Assembly (NCBI RefSeq): GCF_018350175.1
Contig: NC_058368.1
Location: forward strand, 118,980,001 to 119,044,000
Source: Felis catus
Lineage: Eukaryota
Length of the DNA: 64,000 nt
Direction of reading: 5' to 3'
In this document: piece after piece, positions 60,560 through 64,000 of the stretch
Numbering within the stretch: the first letter of the stretch is position 1
Layout of the letters: the number at the start of each line of letters is the position of its first letter
Notes under the pieces: generated by a model
Told to the model about the DNA's origin: nothing
The model's database searches: none
What the model saw: only the letters and a program-made list of their open reading frames with translations
Position numbers and translations under genes: made by a program

Positions 60560-61460
60560 ATCAACTTTAGAGGCTAGAATCGGTTTACAAGTACAGAAAT
60601 GTTCACAGACGGTACAGAGAGTTCCCAGTATGCCACACCCGGTTTCTGCCATTACTTACATTTTGCATTAATATGGTGCATTTCACACCTTTATGAACCA
60701 GTGTCGATATATTCGTGTCAGCTGAAGTCCATACTTTCTCCAGAACCCCTTAGTTGTTACCCACTTTTGTCCTTTCTCTGTTCCAGGAACCCATCCAGGA
60801 AGCCACATTGTTTAGTTGCCACGCCTTCTTAGGCTTCTCTTGGCTGTTGACAGTTTTTCAGCCTTTCCTTGTTTTTTTTTGTTTGTTTGTTTGTTTGTTT
60901 TTTTAATGATTTTTACAGTTTTGATGAGTACTGGTGAGGTATTTTGTAGAATGTCCCTCAATTGGGATTTTTTTTTTCCTCTGGATTATACTGAAGTTCT
61001 GAGGTCCACTTTCTTCTTTCTTTCCATACCGTGTTCTTTGGAAGGAAGTCACTACACACAGCTCACACTTAAGGGGCAGGTAACTATGCTCCTCCTTTCC
61101 GAGAACATCTACTTAACTCTGGAATTCTTCTGCATGGGAGATTTGACTCTTTCCCCCCATTTACTTACTCACTCCATCACTATATCACCGTGGACTTAAA
61201 GAATATTTGTTTTATACTTTGGGTTCTAATTCAACACCATTTTACTCATTTGATTCCCCAAATGGAGCCGGCTTTGGTGGCTGGGAGCTCTTTCAGTAGG
61301 CTCCTATGCCCCTCTGATGGGCTCCTCTGGCATATTTCTTGCCCCAGTTGTAGGATTTGTCAGTTCCCTAAGCAGCCCTGGTACCCTTTACTGGAGAAGG
61401 ATATTAGAAACCAAGTTCTAGGCACTGAGATGTCATCGTTCCTAGGCCCTCTCAGCTGAC
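60560..61460 (-). mobile_element. Ancient L1 3' UTR (L1MC/MD-type)
   Basis: gtacagagagttccca...gttccaggaacccatccagga...atgagtactggtgaggtattttgtagaatgtccctcaattggga. Confidence 0.65.
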
Positions 61461-62019
61461 ATTACCAGTTACTCCTACTTTGTGTCAGAGAACAGGAGAT
61501 TTTCCTCATTTCTTGAAGATACCCAAAGCTTCCTATAGTCTCGCCGCCTTTGAACACCTCCTCCTCACTATTCTGTGTAGTGAAGTAACTTCTGTGGTCC
61601 ATCTAGTGAGTTTCATGCTCTGAAACGCTCTCTCCTCCTCCCCACCGGAGTTACTCATTCTTCCCCCTGCCCCCCACTGTACTTGGTTCACACCATGAGG
61701 CGCACTCATCACAGCGTATGTTAGAGTCAGTTAACACGTGCCTGTTCCACTGCCCTGTGTTGCTCATCTAGCACATCTAGTATGTGCTCAGTAAATACAC
61801 ACATGGATAGTGTTTGAACTGGAACATAAAGAATGAGCAGAGATAGGAAGAGGATGCCTCGTAGAATGCCTGAACTCACCTTACCTCTGTCCTTCCCACT
61901 TCCCATTTAGAGTGAGTTCCTCCTTTTGGTTAAGGTTTATGGCATCCTGTGCAGAAGACAGGATCATTGGGTCCTTGAAGGTCATCTAGGCAAGGTTTTC
62001 TTGGTCTTAGTCTCAGAGC

Positions 62020-62540
62020 AGTTGTTCCTAAACATGACTGCACATTACAATCACCTGGGAGACTGTTAGTAGGTGGACTCCCTTCCCCAACCTCCACTCC
62101 AGAAAACTGATTAAGTCTGAAATGGGGACTGGAGCTCTGTATGCAACATCCTGTCTCTGAGAAAAGAAAGTCAGTAAAACCAAAGCACGCAGTCTACAAT
62201 CTAATCATTTTGGAGTTTTGGAGAAACATAGCCTCTCCAATCCAATCTGTAATATCTGAATTATTAAAAAAAATTACACTGGAATCTGGATCTGCTCCCA
62301 TTGTGGACACACAGGGTAATGAAAATATATAAACGTGAGGAGAGAGAGACTGTCTCAGAGAAGCCTCTTGGAGACTGTTCAGTGTTATAATGTTAAAATT
62401 CTCGTTACAGGGTTAAACTGGGCCAAACCAAGTTTAGAAGTGACAGTTTACAGTTTGGTAACTGGGCAGCCTCCCTTAATGCTCATGATTTATTTGGAGC
62501 TCCCTCATCTCGTGCTGTGGTTCTGAGAAACACGCTACTG
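62020..62540 (+). mobile_element. MER5-type hAT-Charlie element, split or degenerate
   Basis: cagttgttcctaaac...tgcacattacaatcacctggga...aaatggggactgg...ctgagaaacac. Confidence 0.5.
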
Positions 62541-62940
62541 AGAACAAAGAACTGAGTTAACATTACAACTCTTCCAAAGTTGCTCAGTAATGAAGCCTGG
62601 CTCATTTTCTGCAAACAAAGATTGTTTTACAGTAAACCTGTTTTCTAGCAAATATCTACTTTTCAAGTAAATGTATGAAAGACTTTTCTTTATTTTCTCC
62701 TTTCTACTTCCCTCCCCCCTTCCCTTCCTTTTGCTCCTTCTCCCCTTCTATAGTCACAAAACTAATTTGTTTAAAATAATTGCATCGGTTGAATAGGGTA
62801 AAACCTGAATTTCATAATATAGTAAAAAGAATTATAGTTGACAGCTTTCAATGACTGTATATTTAGTAACACAGATGAAGCTGAAAACATATGGACAGAA
62901 ATACTGATATGATCACGTTTTCCAAAGTTCAGGATTAGAG

Positions 62941-63075
62941 CGGGCACCTGACTGGCTCAGTTAGCAGAGCATGTGACTCCTGACCTCGGGGTCCTGTGTT
63001 CAAGCCCCACGTTGGGTGTGAGGTCTACTTTAAAAAAAATGGCAAAACAAAACAAAACAAAAGAAAAAAAAAACA
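62941..63075 (+). mobile_element. Short/older Can-SINE
   Basis: gggcacctgactggctcagttagcagagcatgtgactc...gttcaagccccacgttggg. Confidence 0.85.
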
Positions 63076-63714
63076 ATGGTAAGGCTCAAAGAACAGCAAA
63101 CTTGTAAATAGTTTGAGTGTACGGTTTCCAGTTAATTGTTTTTACAAAAATTAATGTTGCTGATGTCTTAAAAAATTGTTTATAGATGTATAGGCCTCCA
63201 CTCACAACCTTGTTAATTTTATTATGTCATGTAATAGGATGATTTTCTTTTCATACTCAGGAAACGTAAACATTTTAGTCCTGCCCTAAATGACCACACA
63301 TCATACTAATTTTTGTGATGATAATGATGATGATGACGACAATAAAAGTAGTCACTGGCTTTGGCTGCATTCAATATGCCAGTCACATTGCATGCATTAT
63401 CTTATCTAACCCTCGTATGAACTCTCTGAGGGAGACAGATAGTATTATTATCATTGCCATTTCCAGAGAGGTTAAACAGACTGCCTAAAGTCAAACTAAC
63501 AAATGGAATATTTAGCTTGACTGTATAGTACAACACATCATGCTTTTGACCACTACACTATAGCATCTCCAATGCCTCCTAGGTGCTAGAGTTATACACA
63601 TTGATATGATGACAACAGTGCTGATGATAGAAACATATTCATATTCTGGGAGGTAGGAGAAGCATCCTCTCTACAAAATGTCTAAAGTTTTCTCAAACTT
63701 TCACTGAAGAGTAA

Positions 63715-64000
63715 CATCAACAAGATGGTGGAATAGGAGTTTTCAACTGTCATCCCCCCATAGAACACAGATTTGATAACCTCCAAGGATGAAACTGGGT
63801 GTCCAGGAGTCCAGTGGAAAAGTTCCAGAATACTTCTGCAGCAAAAAAAATCCAAGGGTAGACACATCCAAGAGTGCAAGAACAATAGTTTCATGTTACC
63901 CACACAACTGCTCTCCTGAGGTGGCAGAGCTTGATGCCAGAAAGATCTCCCAGGTCCTGATTTCTTTCACAGGGGAAAGCAAGAACATAGTGAGTAAGTA
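63715..64000 (+). mobile_element. Possible L1 5' UTR start, running off the window
   Basis: Begins caagatggtggaatagga, a YY1-like motif typical of L1 5' ends. Confidence 0.4.

Noticed and set aside
1..64000. CRISPR arrays, operons, rRNA or tRNA genes, or a second protein-coding gene
   Set aside because: Mammalian locus with no regularly spaced repeat-spacer array and no other supportable gene seen.

Overview
Mammalian DNA, very likely a felid (cat-type tRNA-derived Can-SINEs with target-site duplications throughout). The window holds the 5' end of the glucocorticoid receptor gene NR3C1 on the minus strand. Coding exon 2 (137-1348, ATG at 1332) encodes the N-terminal AF-1 domain. A ~3.3 kb CpG island (~3020-6320) carries alternative non-coding first exons (1H-, 1C-, 1F-, 1B-, 1E-, 1J- and 1D-like). 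A distal exon 1A homologue lies ~27-28 kb upstream (28653-~29633). The rest is intron 1 or intergenic sequence dominated by Can-SINEs, decayed L1/L2/MIR, MER63/MER58/MER20/MER5 DNA transposons, old LTR pieces and microsatellites. The main non-routine observation is a shared out-of-frame reading frame in exon 2 that overlaps the GR start codon and stops before Met28. It has its own ATG at -13, and upstream ATGs in exons 1B and 1A3 splice into it in frame, which suggests first-exon-dependent control of GR translational isoforms. Exon names and human comparisons come from recall of the human gene, not from an alignment. Repeat boundaries are approximate.
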